Program-made: the position numbers and the translations under genes
In this document: positions 60,219-64,000 of the stretch, one piece after another
Numbering within the stretch: the stretch's first letter is position 1
Layout of the letters: each line of letters begins with the position of its first letter
NCBI RefSeq assembly: GCF_018977255.1
Contig: NW_024704743.1
Span: 3,164,001-3,228,000, forward strand
Direction: 5' to 3'
Source: Callorhinchus milii
Taxonomy: Eukaryota
DNA length: 64,000 nt
Notes under the pieces: model-generated
The model's input: only the letters and a program-made list of their open reading frames with translations
Databases searched by the model: none
Told to the model about the DNA's origin: nothing

Positions 60219-60840
60219 AGTACCATAGCAACCCCCCCCCCCCCCCCCCCAGCCTGGGTACCATAGCAACCCCCCCTCCCAGCCTGGGTACCATAGCAAC
60301 CCCCCCCCCCCCCAGCCTGAGTACCATAGCAACCCCCCCCCCCAGCCTGGGTACCATAGCAACCCCCCCCCCCAGCCTGGTACCATAGCAACCCCCCCCC
60401 CCCAGCCTGGTACCATAGCAACCCACACCCCCCCAGCCTGGGTACCATAGCAACCCACACCCCCCCCAGCCTGGGTACCATAGCAACCCCCCCCCGCCTG
60501 GGTACCATAGCAACCCACACCCCCTCCAGCCTGGGTACCATAGCAACCCCCCCCCCAGCCTGGTACCACAGCAACCCACCCCCCCCCCCAGCCTGGGTAC
60601 CATAGCAACCCCCCCCCCCCCCAGCCTGGGTACCACAGCAACCCCCCCCCCCAGCCTGGGTACCACAGCAACCGGCCCTCCCCCCCCCCCAGCCTGGGTG
60701 CCATAGCAACCCACACCTCCTCCCAGCCTGGGTACCATAGCAACCCACACACCCCCCCCCCCAGCCTGGGTACCACAGCAACCCCCTTCCCCCCAGCCTG
60801 GGTACCATAGCATCCCCCACCCATCCCAGGTACTATGGCA
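60219..60840. repeat. Minisatellite of about 31 bp, about 20 copies: CAGCCTGGGTACCATAGCAAC + variable poly-C
   Basis: Counted 19-20 GTACCA(T/C)AGCAAC cores. Confidence 0.92.
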
Positions 60841-62250
60841 GATGACAGACCAGTCCAGCTTGGTAAGGCAGACCAGTCACTCGGAGCAGGGAGTCTGCAA
60901 CCCGAAGCCCTAGTGGGTAGGGTAGGGTGGTCCTAGCTGGACAAGCAGTGGGAAAGCTCGCCGGACAGTGATATCAATGACAAGCTACGTGTGGTTTTAG
61001 CGGGTTAGACTCCAGCAGTTACCCCACTGCACACTCTGGGGGCAGCAAACCTTGGCTCTTGTTAGCCTGTGCCTAATACTGTCCGGAATTGAACAGTCGC
61101 CTGGGTACGGTTGGTCATTCACTTCATGGCTGTTTGTGGGACCTCGCTGAGTGCAGTTTGGCACCCTGTACATGATCGTCACGACACTTTACAGTCACTT
61201 CACTTTACAAAATATTCTGTAAAGCGCTTTGGGACGTCCAGAAGACGTGAAAAGCGCTATATCAAATGCAAGGATTATTATTATTATAATTATTATAAAT
61301 CCTGAATCATTTTAAGACGCGCTCCTGACATGAAAGTTGCCATATCAGATACAAGGATCTGTCCATTTAACGTGCCGGGTGACCTGCTAATGCTTACATT
61401 TGACATAGCACCTTTCACGTCCGGAGGACGTCACAAAGCATTTCACAGGCAATACTGTGCCTGACTGTGTTTGTGGGTAAAACGAGGCAACCGGTATACA
61501 TTCAGCAATGTTCCACAAACAGCCATGGAGTTAGAGACCAGTTTTATTTGGGGGATTGTTGGTCAGGACATCAGGAGAGAGAAACTCCCTTCTCTTTTTG
61601 GATAATGCCATGGGACTTTTTAGGTCCAACCCGGTTGTTAGTTGATTGGCGGATCACTTTACCGGGGATGATAATCCCTTCAAAAATGAAAGACGTTAAT
61701 AATAATTTGGTCACCCAATCTACTAATATTTGTGGGACACTGCTGTGCGCAATTGGCTGCCGCACTTCACCCCCAAAGAATACAGTAAATTCACTTTACA
61801 GGATATTCTATGAAGCGCTTTGAGGTGTATTGAAGACACGATAAGGCGGTATATCAAATGCAAGCATTATTATTATCCTCCCTAAAGACCTTTTTGATCG
61901 TGCTTACGGGCACCTCCCCCTTCCCTTTCCCCCTGTGTTAGTGGGGGCTCGGGGTCAGACTCCACCACTGTCAAGTGCTCCGGGACGTTACCCCACATGA
62001 AGGGCACTATATAAATGCAAGTTGTTGTTATTATTTTGGCTGTGCTTCCAGTTTCCTTATTAAGGAATAGAAATAGCTGTACATTAGACCTTCTCTCCCA
62101 CTGCCCTCCTGTTTTGTCCTGTTAACGCCGTTCAACTCTTAACACTGGGACAAATGGTTGAGAACTTCAAGATGGCATGCGTCTTTTTAACTTGCAACAT
62201 GTTATTTTGCTTTTTGTTTCAGAGTTTGACGGTGGGCAGGAGCTGACAAC

Positions 62251-63813
62251 ATGTATGCAGTACATCGCCAGGCCCACCCGCCCACGGGCTTGGAGTTCGC
62301 CATCTACTGCAGTTTCTTCAACAACGCTGAGCGCAACCTGGTGGTAGCCGGCATCTCTCAGCTGCACGTCTACAGGCTGATCCACGATGCAGAGGTCAGC
62401 ACCGCGATTTGAATTGCCAAATGCATGAGTCTTGAGTCAGATTATTTGCTTGCCTTTGAACGGATTCTGTTGTTCATTTTGCTCCAAAATTCTGGAACTC
62501 TCTCCCTCAATCCCTACACCTTGCACCCTCCTTCCCCACTTTCAAATCCTCCCTAAAGACCTTCCTTTGTGATGGTGCTTACAAGCACCTCCCCCTTCCC
62601 TCTCCCCCTGTGTCAGTGGGGGCTCGGGGTCAGACTCCACCACTGTCAAGCGCTCCGGGACGCTACCCCACGTGAAGAGCGCTATATAAATGCAAGTTGT
62701 TGGTGTATGTCCATTTTTTATTAAGCGTATTTTAAAGTGAGTGCACCTCAAGCTTGGACCTAAAAGCCTTATGTCTCTCACAGTTGAAGCCAACCCAGAA
62801 TTTTTCTGTAACATGATCCTGATTAAATTTACATTTAAGAGCTCTCGCTGCTGCTCAATGGGTGCAGTATTAGGTTCTACAGACCAGGAGGTCTCAGGGT
62901 TGATTCATAATCTGTGCTTTTCTTCAAAATGGGAACAATATCTGCTGCTTTCAGTCTGTTGGAACCGCTCCCATTCCTGATTGACTTCCTCATGATGTCT
63001 GTCACGAATCCCTGTCTTGTCTCCCTAAATACCCTGGGCTACAGGTCATCAATCCCATGGCGTTTGATTGTTTTAATTTCCTTGAATCTATCCAGAATCT
63101 CAACCTCACTCATATCGTGGAGTGCTGTAGTGTAGTGGTTAGAGCACTCGCCTTGCAAGCGAGAGGACCTGGGTTCGATTCCCAGACAGGGCGAAACATT
63201 AGGCATAATAATAGTTTGGTCACTTAATCTACGACTGATTGTGGGACACTGCTGTGTGCAATTGGCTGCCGAGTTTCACCCACACAACGTACAGTCAATT
63301 CACTTCACAGAGTATTCTGTGAAGCGCTTTGAGACGTCTCTAAGACGTGGTACGGCGCTATATCAAATGCAAGGATAATTATATTAATAATATAAATGCA
63401 AGTTGTTATTGTTGTATTATAGGGTGGTTGGAATATGGAATTCTTTATCACAAACTGGAGTTGAGGCAGAGTCTGGCAATTTTAAATGAGAATTAGAAGG
63501 TTGGACAGGAGGAATATTAAAGGTTACTTGGAACATTGAGGAGAGTGTAGTTAAACTGGGCATTGGGACATGAAAGGCAGGCATTATACAAATGTAATTT
63601 GTTGTTGTTCACAAGAAAAACAGATGGGACAAATGGCTGTGAGACGTGAGGTAGCCATCATTACACACTGACAGAAGTTATCATGTGCGTCACCCTACAC
63701 CCCAGAACATTGATCTCACCACTGAGGTCTTTCTCAAAGAATCACACCGCACTGATACTAACTGTTCCCCTTTTTTGTATTACAGAGTACAGTGAAAGGA
63801 GACAAGACCTCAG
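62251..63813 (+). CDS. CPSF1: Cleavage and polyadenylation specificity factor 1 (CPSF160), first coding exons 62251-62394 and 63786-63813; continues beyond the window
   Basis: [48 protein letters not shown] (acceptor tttcag| at 62222, donor GAG|gtcagc), then a 28-nt exon STVKGDKTS(G). Closely resembles the human CPSF1 N-terminus. Confidence 0.93.
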
Positions 63814-64000
63814 GTAACTTTCAGCGGTACAATAACGGGGAATGTGGAGGCAACAGCAACGTTAATACCTGATTATATTTATATGATGTCTTTCAAGTCG
63901 GGACGTCCCAAGGCACTGGCCAGTCAAGGATTTGCATCCGAGCTAGGAGTTAGAATCAGGAGTGGTGGAGGGCAGGGAGGGTGGGAGGTAGTAGTGTGAC

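Noticed and set aside
60219..60840. CRISPR-like repeat-spacer array; ORFs 59931-60824, 59998-60813 and 60164-60820
   Set aside because: The spacers are just variable poly-C, the context is eukaryotic and there are no cas genes. The ORFs are repeat translations.

Overview
Vertebrate nuclear DNA that is GC-rich and dense in repeats. The repeats (a tRNA-derived SINE with an L2-type tail, Deu-domain SINEs, L2 and CR1 LINE fragments) suggest a cartilaginous fish, probably a holocephalan; this is an inference. Manual splicing gives five recognisable genes: (1) the 3' part of a TBC1D20-like Rab-GAP (+, 1-4144, with a GC-AG intron); (2) SCRT1 (+, 18539-24793); (3) TMEM249/CATSPER-theta (-, 40458-35551), which the ORF track shows only as two partial pieces; (4) a complete 12-exon SLC39A4/ZIP4 (+, 44644-55820); (5) the first coding exons of CPSF1 (+, from 62251). 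This matches the human 8q24.3 neighbourhood, with a TBC1D20-like gene that may be a retained ohnolog. The most novel item is an apparently complete two-exon gene on the minus strand (14452-12515, about 592 aa) that I cannot assign to any family. It has a CCAAT/E2F promoter, a phase-matched intron and a polyA signal, and encodes a charge-polarised low-complexity protein. Other notable items are an RFX-like minisatellite at the CPSF1 5' end, decoy splice donors in the SCRT1 intron, a satellite born from a SINE tail, nested inverted repeats, and an abundant unclassified repeat family. Gene names come from recalled similarity to human proteins, not from database searches.
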